From assembly GCA_037189525.1 (NCBI GenBank), contig JBBCJC010000003.1, positions 448,001-512,000 of the forward strand: 64,000 bases of DNA. The letters are read 5' to 3'. This document shows, piece by piece, positions 9,313 through 21,596 of the stretch. The translations under genes were made by a program, and so were the position numbers. This stretch comes from Gemmatimonadales bacterium (GTDB lineage Bacteria > Gemmatimonadota > Gemmatimonadetes > Gemmatimonadales > GWC2-71-9). The notes under the pieces were generated by a model. It did no database searches. It was not told the origin of the DNA and was given only the letters and a program-made list of their open reading frames with translations. The stretch's first letter is position 1, and each line of letters opens with the position of its first letter.

Positions 9313-11594
9313 CTCCGGAAGCACGACGGCAACTCGGCGCGATTGCCGCGCTCGTGATCGGGGTCTTCATCGGCCTCTGTCTGCTGCCGTTCGTCCCGAC
9401 CGGAGCGTTAGGCAATACCCTCGGTACGCTGCTCTGGCGGACGCTTGGCATCGGCGCCGTCGGCCTGCCGTTGTTGGGCGGCATGCTGGCGCTGGCCGGT
9501 TTCGACCGGTTACCCCGGCTCGACATGAAGCGAACCGCGATCCTGGTCGGTGGTTTGGCCGTGATCGTCCCGTTCACGGTCGGGGTGCTGGCCGGTGTGA
9601 CGCCGGCGTCTTTCGACCCGCGGCTCGAGGAGTGGACCGCTTCGGCTCGCGCCAGTGGTATGGTGCCCGGGATTGCCGCCTATGCGGTTACGGGACTGAT
9701 CGCCAAGCCCGGCGGGATACTGCTCGCGTTTCTTGCCGTCTCCGCGTTGACCATCTTCACCATTGCCTGGCACCCGCTCCGCCGGCTCGAAAAAGGCCCG
9801 GCAGCGGCGGAACCGGTCGTTGCCAAACCGGTCGTGGCGCGCCGGGCACCCAAAGCGATGCTGCCGGCGGCGAACGATGAGGACGAGGCGGACGACGATG
9901 ACGCCGAAGTCGCCAAACCCAAAGCCGCCGCCGCGGTCGTTGCCGGAGCCAAACCGGCCAAGCTGCTTGCTGCGAAAGCCGGAAAGCCGGCTAAACCGGT
10001 CAAGAGCGGCCCGGCGCCACAGCCAACCGGCGACGAGAATGAACTCCCTCCCGTCAACCTGCTGACCGAGCCGGTCCAGGGCGATGTAGTTGCTGACCAG
10101 GCGCAGCTCGATCGCCTGGGGCAGTCGCTGCTGGAAACGCTTCGCACCTTCAAAGTCGACGGCACCATCGAAGGCTACACCAGTGGTCCGGTCGTGACGC
10201 AGTTCGAGGTCAAGCCTGCACCCGGGGTCAAAGCGGGACGCATCATCGGCCTGGCGGATGACCTGGCCATTGCCATGCGGGCATCGAGTGTCCGGGTAGC
10301 TCCCATTCCCGGACGGGGCGCGGTCGGAGTCGAAGTGCCCAATCCGAAGGCCAAGATGGTCACGCTTCGGGAAATGCTGGAAACGCCGGAGTGGGAGAAG
10401 TCCAAGGCGATCCTTCCGATTGCACTCGGCCTCGATCTCGAAGGGAAGCCGGTCATCACCGACCTGGCCAAGATGCCGCACCTGCTGATTGCCGGTGCCA
10501 CCGGTACCGGTAAGTCGGTCGGGATCAACAGCATCATCAGCTGCCTGGTCTACCGCTATACCGCCAAGGACCTCCGGTTCCTGATGGTCGACCCGAAGAT
10601 GGTCGAGCTCTCGATGTACAATGCGTTGCCGCATCTGCGGCACAAGGTGGTTACCAACAACAACGACGCGGCGCGGGTGCTCAAGTGGGCCGTGTTCGAG
10701 ATGAACCGCCGCTATGAGTTGTTGAGCGCCAACGACTCCCGCAACATCGCTGATTTCAATCGGAAGCTGGCCGACGGCAAGTCGCTGCGGAACCCGATTC
10801 GCCCGGAGCCGACGCTCAAGGAACTGGCGGCCCAGGAAGGCACCACGCCGCCCGAACCGCCGCTGCCCGAGATCTATTCGGACGGGGCGCTGCCGTACAT
10901 CGTCATCATCGTCGACGAGTTGGCCGATCTGATGATGACGGTTGCTGCGGAGGTGGAAACGCCGCTGGCCATGCTGGCGCAAAAGGCGCGCGCCATCGGG
11001 ATCCACCTGATCCTGGCCACGCAGCGTCCGTCCGTGAACGTGCTCACCGGTCTCATCAAGGCCAACTTCCCGAGCCGGATCGCGTTCCGGGTGGCGTCCA
11101 AGGTCGACAGCCGCACCATCCTCGATCAGAACGGGGCGGAGTCGCTGCTGGGCAACGGCGATATGCTCTTCCTGCCTCCGGGACGCAGTGAACCGATGCG
11201 ACTGCAGGGCGCCTTCATCGGGACCGAGGAAACCGAAACGGTGATGGACTGGTTCACCAAGCGGCGCGAGAAGCGCGAGGCCGATCAGCTGGCCGAGCGC
11301 CGCGAGGAGAACATCATCGAACTGATGCGGGCGCAGGAAGCGGACGAGAACGGCGGTCCCGATGGCGCCGACGACAGTGATCGCGACGACCTCTTCCGCG
11401 AGGCCGCCGAAGCCTGTCTGCAGAATCAGGGCGGCTCGACCTCGCTGCTGCAGCGGAAACTCAGGATCGGGTATGGTCGCGCGGCCCGAATCATCGATCA
11501 GCTCCATGCGGCCGGGATCCTGGGGCCGTCGGACGGGAGCAAGCCCCGTGAAGTGCTGATCAGCCTGGGGCAGCTGGACGAATACACCGACTGA
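9309..11594 (+). CDS. ftsK: DNA translocase FtsK
   Basis: N-terminal TM helices, MPHLLIAGATGTGKS, DELADLM, ATQRPSV, gamma domain LQRKLRIGYGRAAR. Confidence 0.97.
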   Translation: MTPEARRQLGAIAALVIGVFIGLCLLPFVPTGALGNTLGTLLWRTLGIGAVGLPLLGGMLALAGFDRLPRLDMKRTAILVGGLAVIVPFTVGVLAGVTPASFDPRLEEWTASARASGMVPGIAAYAVTGLIAKPGGILLAFLAVSALTIFTIAWHPLRRLEKGPAAAEPVVAKPVVARRAPKAMLPAANDEDEADDDDAEVAKPKAAAAVVAGAKPAKLLAAKAGKPAKPVKSGPAPQPTGDENELPPVNLLTEPVQGDVVADQAQLDRLGQSLLETLRTFKVDGTIEGYTSGPVVTQFEVKPAPGVKAGRIIGLADDLAIAMRASSVRVAPIPGRGAVGVEVPNPKAKMVTLREMLETPEWEKSKAILPIALGLDLEGKPVITDLAKMPHLLIAGATGTGKSVGINSIISCLVYRYTAKDLRFLMVDPKMVELSMYNALPHLRHKVVTNNNDAARVLKWAVFEMNRRYELLSANDSRNIADFNRKLADGKSLRNPIRPEPTLKELAAQEGTTPPEPPLPEIYSDGALPYIVIIVDELADLMMTVAAEVETPLAMLAQKARAIGIHLILATQRPSVNVLTGLIKANFPSRIAFRVASKVDSRTILDQNGAESLLGNGDMLFLPPGRSEPMRLQGAFIGTEETETVMDWFTKRREKREADQLAERREENIIELMRAQEADENGGPDGADDSDRDDLFREAAEACLQNQGGSTSLLQRKLRIGYGRAARIIDQLHAAGILGPSDGSKPREVLISLGQLDEYTD

Positions 11595-11660
11595 CCTGCC
11601 GGGTACTCCCCGGCTTCCTTGGACGGCAACGTTCGGCGGGGGTACGGGGTCCAACTCTTT

Positions 11661-14081
11661 ATGCGCAACCACTTCCGTCTGGCCTGGCGGGTCATTCGCC
11701 GCCGGCCCGTGCTGTCACTGGTCATTGCCCTGACCATCGGCGGCGCGCTCGCGGCCACCACGGTGGCCTTTGCGGTCGTCAACGGCGTTTTGCTGCAGCC
11801 TCTCCCGTACAAAGAACCCGACCGGCTGGTGGCGATCTGGGAGCGATCGCTGGTCCGGGATGCGCCTCGCAACGTCGTTTCTCCGGCCAATTACATGACC
11901 TGGTCGGAGGAACTTCGCTCGGTCACCCAGCTGACGTCGCTGATCGTGACGAGCGGAGCGCTCTCGGGCGACGGGGAGCCGGAGCAGGTGGGTGTGGTGA
12001 TCTCCGGCGGCAACTACTTCGATCTCGTCGGGGCGGTGCCGCTGGTCGGACGGCTCTACGGGCCAGCCGACGACGTGGCCGGGGCACCCAACGTCGTGGT
12101 GCTGGCCGAGGGGCTCTGGCGGAAGCGATTCGGCGCCGACCCGGCGATCGTCGGGAAGACGATTCAGTTCAACGGCAACTCGAACACGGTCATCGGCGTC
12201 CTGCCGGCGTCGTTCGACTATAAGCCACGGTACGAGTTTGCGGGGATTGGCAGCCGCGATCTGTGGACGCCCCAGCGCTTCGGTGAACAGGCCCGGAACG
12301 CGGGCGGCCGATATCTCCAGGTCATCGGGCGCCTGACACCCGGCGCCACGGTCGAGTCGCTGCGGCGAGAGGCATCCGCGCTCGCTGCGGATTTGCGGAC
12401 CCGTTTTCCCGAGCGTCAGGCGGGCTGGGACGTCACGGTTGCGAGCCTGCACGACGAGCAGGTGGGCGACGTGCGCACCCCCGTCTGGATCGTCTTCGGC
12501 GCCGTCAGCTTCGTCCTGCTGATCGCGTGCGCCAATGTCACCAACTTGCTGCTTGGCCGCGCCGCCGAACGGCAACAGGAGATGGCGGTGCGGTCGGCGT
12601 TGGGCGGGAGCCGAGCCGACCTCTTCCGGCAGATGCTCAGTGAGAGTGGCGTGCTCGTGGCCGCAGGGGCCGTGGTTGGTCTGGTGCTGGCCTCATGGGG
12701 GATCAGCGCCCTGGTCGCGTCCGCTCCGGACCTTCCGCGGCTCGAGGCAGTTCAGCTCGACGGGTGGGTGATCGGTTTCGGACTCGGCATGGCGGCGCTC
12801 ATCGCCATCCTGGTGGGATTGGCGCCTGCGATGGAGCTTTCGGGTAGTGGTTCGGCGCGCTGGCTCACCCAGCGGGGTGATGTGACGGGGCGTCGTAAGG
12901 CGCGCACCATGCGGAACATGCTGGTTGCCGTGCAGGTCGCCCTCTCGTTCACGTTGCTGGTTGGCGCGGGCCTCCTGCTCAAGAGCCTGGCCAACCGGCT
13001 CAACGTCCGGCTTGGTCTCGACGCTGCCGATCTCGTCACCGGTCAGATCACGTTGCCCGGTTCACGGTATGAAACTGTCGAGTCGCGCGAGCTCTTTTAC
13101 GAGCAGCTCGCCGATCGGCTCCGTACCATTCCGGGCGTCGAAAGCGCGAGTCTCGCCAGCATCATCCCGATGAGCGGCGACGGCCAGGCCACGGGTATTC
13201 GCGTCGTCGGCGCCCCGCCGCCCGAGCCCGGCCAGGAGCCGGTGGCCCATGTCCGCTTCGTGCACCATGCCTATCACGAAACCATGCGGATTCCGCTTCT
13301 GGCCGGTGAGTATCTCGACGGGCGTGACCGGCGGGGGGCGCCGGCCCGGGTGCTGATCAACGAAACCGGCGCACAGAAGTTCTGGCCCGGCGAATCGGCC
13401 ATCGGGAAGCGGATCGAGATGGCCTGGTTCGATTCGCTCTTCGCCGAGGTCGCGGGCGTCGTCGCGGATGTGCGGTTGAACGCGCCCGATGAACCGGAGA
13501 CCGGTGTAACGCTCTATTGGGATTATCGCCAGGTGGGCGTACCCGCCCGCATGGTAGCGGTTGCCCGGACCCGGCTGGGCGAAACTGTCGTTCCGTCGAT
13601 GCGTGCGGAGGTCGGCCAACTCGACCCAGCGATACCGCTCTTCAATGTGCGCACCATGGAGACGCTGCTGGGCAAGGCTGTGGCGCGATCGCGGTTTACC
13701 GCCGTGGCGCTCGCGATGTTTGCCGGTCTGGCGCTCGCGCTTGCCGCGCTAGGCGTCTACGGGGTCATGGCGTACGCTACCCAGCTACGTACCCGCGAGA
13801 TCGGAGTCCGGCTCGCGCTCGGTGCGGATCGGACGCGCGTGGTCCGCATGGTGGTGGGGGAAGGAGCCCGGGTCGTCTTGCCGGCGTTGATAGCGGGCGG
13901 GCTTGGCGCCCTGGTGCTCAGCCGGTTCCTGCGCTCATTGGTATTCGGGGTGTCGCCGACAGACCCGGTGACGCTTGCAGGCGTAGCGACGTTGCTCGGC
14001 CTGATTGCGCTCGGCGCCTGCTGGATCCCGGCGCGGCGGGCCGGCGCCATCGATCCCGTGGAGGCCATCCGGAACGAGTAG
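11661..14081 (+). CDS. Duplicated MacB/FtsX-type ABC permease (ADOP-like)
   Basis: PLPYKEPDRLV, LLIACANVTNLLL, EMAVRSALG, TREIGVRLALGA, PARRAGAIDPVEAIR; ATG at 11661. Confidence 0.92.
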   Translation: MRNHFRLAWRVIRRRPVLSLVIALTIGGALAATTVAFAVVNGVLLQPLPYKEPDRLVAIWERSLVRDAPRNVVSPANYMTWSEELRSVTQLTSLIVTSGALSGDGEPEQVGVVISGGNYFDLVGAVPLVGRLYGPADDVAGAPNVVVLAEGLWRKRFGADPAIVGKTIQFNGNSNTVIGVLPASFDYKPRYEFAGIGSRDLWTPQRFGEQARNAGGRYLQVIGRLTPGATVESLRREASALAADLRTRFPERQAGWDVTVASLHDEQVGDVRTPVWIVFGAVSFVLLIACANVTNLLLGRAAERQQEMAVRSALGGSRADLFRQMLSESGVLVAAGAVVGLVLASWGISALVASAPDLPRLEAVQLDGWVIGFGLGMAALIAILVGLAPAMELSGSGSARWLTQRGDVTGRRKARTMRNMLVAVQVALSFTLLVGAGLLLKSLANRLNVRLGLDAADLVTGQITLPGSRYETVESRELFYEQLADRLRTIPGVESASLASIIPMSGDGQATGIRVVGAPPPEPGQEPVAHVRFVHHAYHETMRIPLLAGEYLDGRDRRGAPARVLINETGAQKFWPGESAIGKRIEMAWFDSLFAEVAGVVADVRLNAPDEPETGVTLYWDYRQVGVPARMVAVARTRLGETVVPSMRAEVGQLDPAIPLFNVRTMETLLGKAVARSRFTAVALAMFAGLALALAALGVYGVMAYATQLRTREIGVRLALGADRTRVVRMVVGEGARVVLPALIAGGLGALVLSRFLRSLVFGVSPTDPVTLAGVATLLGLIALGACWIPARRAGAIDPVEAIRNE

Positions 14082-14104
14082 GCTCGGCGCCGGTGTCTCG
14101 ATGG

Positions 14105-14305
14105 TTACTGTGCTGGCGCAATATCGCCGAATTGGCGGACCTTGACGTCCCCTTCGGGGAATCGGGCAATGATGTCCAACGAACCGCCCATTCCCTCCAT
14201 GTCCTGCAGCGACATCTCCGCGAGCATCTCGCGGGCACAGGCGTGTGCGCGGTCACGGCTTTCCCGAGGCATATTGGCCCGGAGGCTGTTGAACTTCTTA
14301 GCCAT
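14105..14305 (-). pseudogene. Internally deleted XRE-family antitoxin (HTH missing)
   Basis: N-terminus MAKKFNSLRANMPRESRDRA...EMLAEMSL and C-terminus EGMGGSLDIIARFPEGDVKV resemble ~100-aa XRE antitoxins, but the HTH between them is absent (66 aa). Confidence 0.7.
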
Positions 14306-14363
14306 TGATCTCTCCTGTCATTCGCAGGTCTTCAATTGTCTGGGTGCCCGTTGATCGATGCCT

Positions 14364-14711
14364 TCAGCGCCCGAGCACGATATCGATGCCGTGGAGGATT
14401 TGCAGGAGGTGTTTCGGTCCCAACCGGGTTACCGGCTCGTCGAGAAAGCGACGATCGATCGTCGTGAGCTGTGACGCATTCGCGACGGAGTCCTTCGTCA
14501 GGCGCGTCACCTTGGCCGGGAGTAACGTGTTGCCCGGCGCGTCTGCCCAAGCGAGGTTGCTCGTGAGTGGGACGCACACAACGGTGGCGATGCGGCTCCG
14601 GTTGAGACTGTTGCCTTGGACGACGACAACGGGTCGGCGGAACCCGGGCCCGGACCCGGCGGGAGCGGGAAGGTCAGCCCACCAGATCTCCCCTTGGACA
14701 ATGCCTACCAT
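14364..14711 (-). CDS. mazF: PemK/MazF-family endoribonuclease toxin
   Basis: QGEIWWADLP, GSGPGFRRPVVVVQ, VCVPLTSNL, DSVANASQLTTIDR. Confidence 0.95.
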   Translation of the reverse strand: MVGIVQGEIWWADLPAPAGSGPGFRRPVVVVQGNSLNRSRIATVVCVPLTSNLAWADAPGNTLLPAKVTRLTKDSVANASQLTTIDRRFLDEPVTRLGPKHLLQILHGIDIVLGR

Positions 14712-14944
14712 TCCGTCCGCTCGAACGTGCGCCGAGCCGCTTCCGTGGAGAACGGATCGGGTTGCGGTTCACTCACGCGGTCGACGACCTGATTGATCGC
14801 TTCCGTGACCTCGTCGGGCGCATGACGGGTGAGATACTCGGCAAGCGCGTCCGCGTAGAGCTCGCTTCGCGATTTTCGGGTTCGCTTTGCATGGCGCTCG
14901 GCGGCCTGAAAGAGGCGGTCGGGCAGGGAAATAGCCGTTTTCAT
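14705..14944 (-). CDS. Ribbon-helix-helix antitoxin paired with MazF
   Basis: MKTAISLPDRLF...SRSELYADALAEYL...EW; stop overlaps the toxin start. Confidence 0.9.
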   Translation of the reverse strand: MKTAISLPDRLFQAAERHAKRTRKSRSELYADALAEYLTRHAPDEVTEAINQVVDRVSEPQPDPFSTEAARRTFERTEW

Positions 14945-15078
14945 ACCGGAAGTATAACTTCGTCTTTCCGTGGACGCCACCGATCATCAAATGCATCAGA
15001 GTTGGCCCTGCACTTTTCGGTACCGGTCTGCGTTCGTTTGGTTATTGCCTCCCCTGCAGTTGTCCCCATCGTTGGGCC

Positions 15079-15489
15079 ATGCACGCGCCCAACATCGTCC
15101 GACCCGTCACCCAATGGCGTGACCCCCGCCATCGCCGAGGCCTCGCCGGCGAGCTGGCTGCCGCCCGGTATCTCGAGGCTCGCGGCTGGCTCATCGAAGC
15201 CCATCGCTTCCGCTTTGGCCACTCCGACCTCGACCTGATAGCCCGCAAAGGCGGCCTGGTTGCCTTCGTGGAGGTCAAAACCCGGCAGTCCGATCTATTC
15301 GGCGGGGGCCTCAACGCGGTGGGATGGCGGAAACGCCAGACGATCGCCGTCGGGGCGACGATCTGGATGTCCCGATTCGGTCTGCCCGGAGATTTGTTTC
15401 GCTTCGATCTAATAGTGGTGGACCTCTCGATGGGAGGTTTTCCACAAATCACCCACATCGAGGACGCATGGAGGCATGTGGAAAAGTGA
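15079..15489 (+). CDS. yraN: YraN family (UPF0102) protein
   Basis: GLAGELAAARYL, DLDLIARKG, FVEVKTR, RFDLI, HIEDAW. Confidence 0.92.
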   Translation: MHAPNIVRPVTQWRDPRHRRGLAGELAAARYLEARGWLIEAHRFRFGHSDLDLIARKGGLVAFVEVKTRQSDLFGGGLNAVGWRKRQTIAVGATIWMSRFGLPGDLFRFDLIVVDLSMGGFPQITHIEDAWRHVEK

Positions 15490-15634
15490 AAAAATGCCCC
15501 CTTGTTTCGGATAATCTTCGGACTTACATTGAATGGAGTAATGTTGTGGAGTGTATTGCTCCACAAAAACACTTGGCTGATTTTGAGCCTATGGCCATCA
15601 TCGTTTCACGTCTCATTTGGGGAGTCTGCTGATC

Positions 15635-16690
15635 ATGCCACCCGTCGACGAAGTCCGGCAGGACGCCGAGCGTAAAAAGGCGCTCAATCTCGCCATTGCC
15701 CAGATCGAAAAGCAGCTGGGCAAGGGCTCCATCATGCGGATGGGTACCGACGCGCCGCGTGAGAAGATCGGGGTGATCTCGACCGGGGCCGTCAATCTGG
15801 ACGCGGCCGTCGGGGTGGGCGGGGTGCCGAAGGGGCGGATCACCGAGATCTACGGACCGGAGTCGTCCGGTAAGACCACTCTCTGTCTCCATCTGGTGGC
15901 CAACGTTCAGCGGAGTGGTGGCGTGGCGGCCTATGTCGACGCCGAGCATGCGCTGGATGTCGAGTATGCCCGGAAGCTGGGGGTCGACGTCGACGCGCTG
16001 CTGGTGTCGCAGCCGGATACGGGGGAGCAGGCCCTGGAAATCGTCGAGATCCTGGTGCGTTCCGGTGCGGTCGATCTGATCGTGATCGACTCGGTGGCGG
16101 CGCTGGTGCCCAAGGCCGAAATCGAAGGTGAGATGGGCGACAGTCACGTCGGTCTGCAGGCCCGTCTGATGAGCCAGGCGCTCCGCAAGCTGGCCGGCGC
16201 CATCAACCGATCGAACGCTGCGGTGGTCTTCATCAACCAGCTGCGCGAAAAGATCGGCGTCATGTTCGGCAACCCGGAAACGACCACGGGCGGCAAGGCG
16301 CTCAAGTTTTACGCGTCGCTCCGGCTCGACATCCGGCGGATCGGGCCGGTCAAGGAGCGCGAGAACGTCATCGGCAACCGGGTCCGGGTCAAGATTGTCA
16401 AGAACAAGGTGGCGCCGCCGTTCAAGCAGGCGGAGTTCGACGTCCTGTTCGACGAGGGCATCAGCCATAACGGTCTCCTGGTCGATCTCGCGTCGGAGGC
16501 CAACATCATTCAGAAGTCCGGCGCCTGGTACTCCTATGGCGACCAGCGGATCGGGCAGGGTCGTGAGAACGCCAAGCTCTTCCTCAAGGACAATCCGGCC
16601 TTGCAGGTCGAGGTGGAGCAGAAGGTCAAAGAATGGCTGGGCGTGAAGACCGGTCCGGAACTCGAGGCGGATGACGACGACGACGAGTAA
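15635..16690 (+). CDS. recA: Recombinase RecA
   Basis: [56 protein letters not shown]. Confidence 0.99.
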   Translation: MPPVDEVRQDAERKKALNLAIAQIEKQLGKGSIMRMGTDAPREKIGVISTGAVNLDAAVGVGGVPKGRITEIYGPESSGKTTLCLHLVANVQRSGGVAAYVDAEHALDVEYARKLGVDVDALLVSQPDTGEQALEIVEILVRSGAVDLIVIDSVAALVPKAEIEGEMGDSHVGLQARLMSQALRKLAGAINRSNAAVVFINQLREKIGVMFGNPETTTGGKALKFYASLRLDIRRIGPVKERENVIGNRVRVKIVKNKVAPPFKQAEFDVLFDEGISHNGLLVDLASEANIIQKSGAWYSYGDQRIGQGRENAKLFLKDNPALQVEVEQKVKEWLGVKTGPELEADDDDDE

Positions 16691-17312
16691 AACGATCGAG
16701 GCCATCGAGCCCGATCGCCGGCAGAAGGGGGTCGTCCGGATCGTCATCGACGGGCGGACGGTCCTCTCGCTGCCGGACGATCTGGTGCGTCGGGAGCAGC
16801 TGGTCGTTGGCAGTGAACTGACCCCCGAGCGTCTGACCCGTCTGATCGGGGCGGACGATCGCGAGGCGGCCTATCGGACGGCGCTCAGGGCCCTGGAGCG
16901 GCGTCCGTTTGCCAAGCGAGACCTCCACCGCCGTCTGGTGCTCAAGGGGCATCTTCCCGACCTGGCAGCGGCGGCGGTCGAGCGCGCCGAAGCGGCGGGT
17001 TATCTGGACGACGCCAAGTACGCCCAGATGTATGTCGCCAGCCGGTCGGCGCGGGGACGGGGGGCGACCCGACTCCGTCGGGAGCTGGCCCAGTTGGGCG
17101 TGGCTCGCGAACTGGTCGACGCGGCTCTGGCCGAGCAGTCGGTCAGCAATCCGTCGGCGGAGCGGGACCAGATCGAGGCGATCATTGCCCGCAAACGGCC
17201 TCAGCTCGAAGGGCTGCCGCCGTACCAGGCCCGCCGCCGGCTGCTCGCCGTGCTGGCTCGGCGCGGCTATACCGGGTCGCTGGTCCGGGACCTGGTTCGC
17301 CGAATCTGCTAG
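16671..17312 (+). CDS. recX: Regulatory protein RecX
   Basis: Directly after rec[39 protein letters not shown]. Confidence 0.9.
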   Translation: MTTTTSKTIEAIEPDRRQKGVVRIVIDGRTVLSLPDDLVRREQLVVGSELTPERLTRLIGADDREAAYRTALRALERRPFAKRDLHRRLVLKGHLPDLAAAAVERAEAAGYLDDAKYAQMYVASRSARGRGATRLRRELAQLGVARELVDAALAEQSVSNPSAERDQIEAIIARKRPQLEGLPPYQARRRLLAVLARRGYTGSLVRDLVRRIC

Positions 17313-17357
17313 GGAACCGACTGCCGTCCGGTGTCGCCCTCCCCATATATTGCGGGT

Positions 17358-19969
<2,612 letters not shown>

Positions 19970-19985
<16 letters not shown>

Positions 19986-20278
19986 GCCAGGCCTGGCTGG
20001 ATGCTCAGCTGGCAGGAGCCCCCGACGAACTGGTGGCTCGAACCCGGGAGTTCATTCGGCGTGAGGGAGGCGTCGTCTCTGCCGACGTGCTGGCGCGTGC
20101 GGGACGTGCCGCGCTGGCCACGGCGGTTGCCGAGTCGCCCGATCGGACGGCGGCGCTGGACCTGCTGGCGGCCGATGCGCTGGTGACACTCGCGCTCGCT
20201 GCGCATGCGGAGGCCGACCCTGAAACGCTCCGGGCTTTTGCGGCCCGCGTGCGGCGGGAGGGTGAGGGGGCGGCGTGA
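19970..20278 (+). CDS. Small Ala-rich hypothetical protein
   Basis: Overlaps the alaS end and the next gene start; host-like codon usage. Confidence 0.7.
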
Positions 20279-21036
20279 TCGATCTGCACTGCCACCTCCT
20301 GCCCGGCGTCGACGACGGATCGCGGTCGGTTGCGCAGTCGGTCGAGGTGCTCACCCGCATGGTGGCCGGCGGCGTGACCGATATCGTCCTCACCCCTCAC
20401 CTCGAAGCGAGCCGGGTGCTGGAGGGGCCGCCTCCGTCGCATGACGAAGCGTTTGCTGCGCTGACCAAGGCGGCTCCACCCGGGGTCAGGCTGCACCGGG
20501 GCGCCGAGGTGATGCTGGACCGGGCGTTGACATCCCGCGCGGTCGAAACCCGCCGGATCACGCTGGCAGGGAGCCGGTACGTGCTGGTCGAGTTTACCGG
20601 GATGGTCGCCGCGCGGGCGGCGTCGAGTGCCTTGGAGCAGGTGGTCAAGGGAGGCCTGGTTCCGCTGCTGGCGCATCCGGAGCGCTATGCCGCCTGTTCG
20701 GTCTCGATGGTGACCCACTGGCGGGCGCTCGGCGCGCGGATCCAGGTCGATGCCAACACGGTGTTTCGACCCTCGGGACGCGGGCGCCGGGCCCGTGCGC
20801 TGCTGGCGGCCGGCCTGGTCGATGTGCTGGCGGCGGACAATCACGGCGATTCGCGTTCTCTGGTCGAGCCGTTCCGACAGCTCGAGGCGGCCGGGGCCGA
20901 CGAGGTGGCGAGACTGACGATGATGAGCAATCCCGAGGCCGTGTTGCGCGATGTCCTGATGGCCGAGCCGGCGACCGTGGAGGTCAAGCTGCCGCTGTTC
21001 GATAGAATGCGAGGCTGGTTCGGAGGATCCGAATGA
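20275..21036 (+). CDS. CpsB/CapC-family PHP tyrosine phosphatase
   Basis: IDLHCHLLPGVDDG, TPH, GAEV, AHPERY, DNHG metal-binding motifs. Confidence 0.92.
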   Translation: MIDLHCHLLPGVDDGSRSVAQSVEVLTRMVAGGVTDIVLTPHLEASRVLEGPPPSHDEAFAALTKAAPPGVRLHRGAEVMLDRALTSRAVETRRITLAGSRYVLVEFTGMVAARAASSALEQVVKGGLVPLLAHPERYAACSVSMVTHWRALGARIQVDANTVFRPSGRGRRARALLAAGLVDVLAADNHGDSRSLVEPFRQLEAAGADEVARLTMMSNPEAVLRDVLMAEPATVEVKLPLFDRMRGWFGGSE

Positions 21037-21596
21037 GTCTGATCGAGGCCGGCCTTCGGGATCTCGCGGCATTGGCGCGCCTGCTTTCTACGCAGGCCGA
21101 CCGGATCGAGCGGTTGGCGCGCCGATATGCCGACACGTTGCGGAGCGGCGGAACGATTTTTTTCGCCGGGAACGGCGGCAGCGCAGCTGATGCGCAGCAT
21201 GTGGCGACCGAATACGTGGTACGCTTCGCGCGCGATCGGCGTGCGCTGCGGGCTATTGCGCTGACGACCGATACCTCGCTGCTCACGGCCGCGGGCAATG
21301 ATCTCGGTTTCGAACGGGTCTTTGCCCGCCAGGTCGAGGCGTTGGCGCGCCCGGGCGATCTCCTGGTGCTGCACAGCACGAGCGGCCGGAGCATCAACCT
21401 GCTGGCGGCCGCCGAGGCAGCCCGTGCGGTTGGTGTGCAGACGGTGGCGCTGCTGGGCCGGGACGGGGGAGAACTGGCGTCGGTCGTGGACGACAGCCTG
21501 ATCGTGCCGTCCGAGGAAACGAGTCGAATTCAAGAGCTGCATCTGGCGATCGAACACTTGATCGTCGAATGGGTGGAGCAGGAGCTGATTGGATGA
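21033..21596 (+). CDS. gmhA: D-sedoheptulose 7-phosphate isomerase
   Basis: GNGGSAADAQH, TAAGNDLGF, STSGRS, RIQELH. Confidence 0.95.
   Translation: MSLIEAGLRDLAALARLLSTQADRIERLARRYADTLRSGGTIFFAGNGGSAADAQHVATEYVVRFARDRRALRAIALTTDTSLLTAAGNDLGFERVFARQVEALARPGDLLVLHSTSGRSINLLAAAEAARAVGVQTVALLGRDGGELASVVDDSLIVPSEETSRIQELHLAIEHLIVEWVEQELIG

Noticed and set aside
14298..14366. Stop-codon readthrough extending MazF into the relic toxin tail, which is in the same frame
   Set aside because: Frame coincidence has a one-in-three chance, and MazF already ends at a family-typical position
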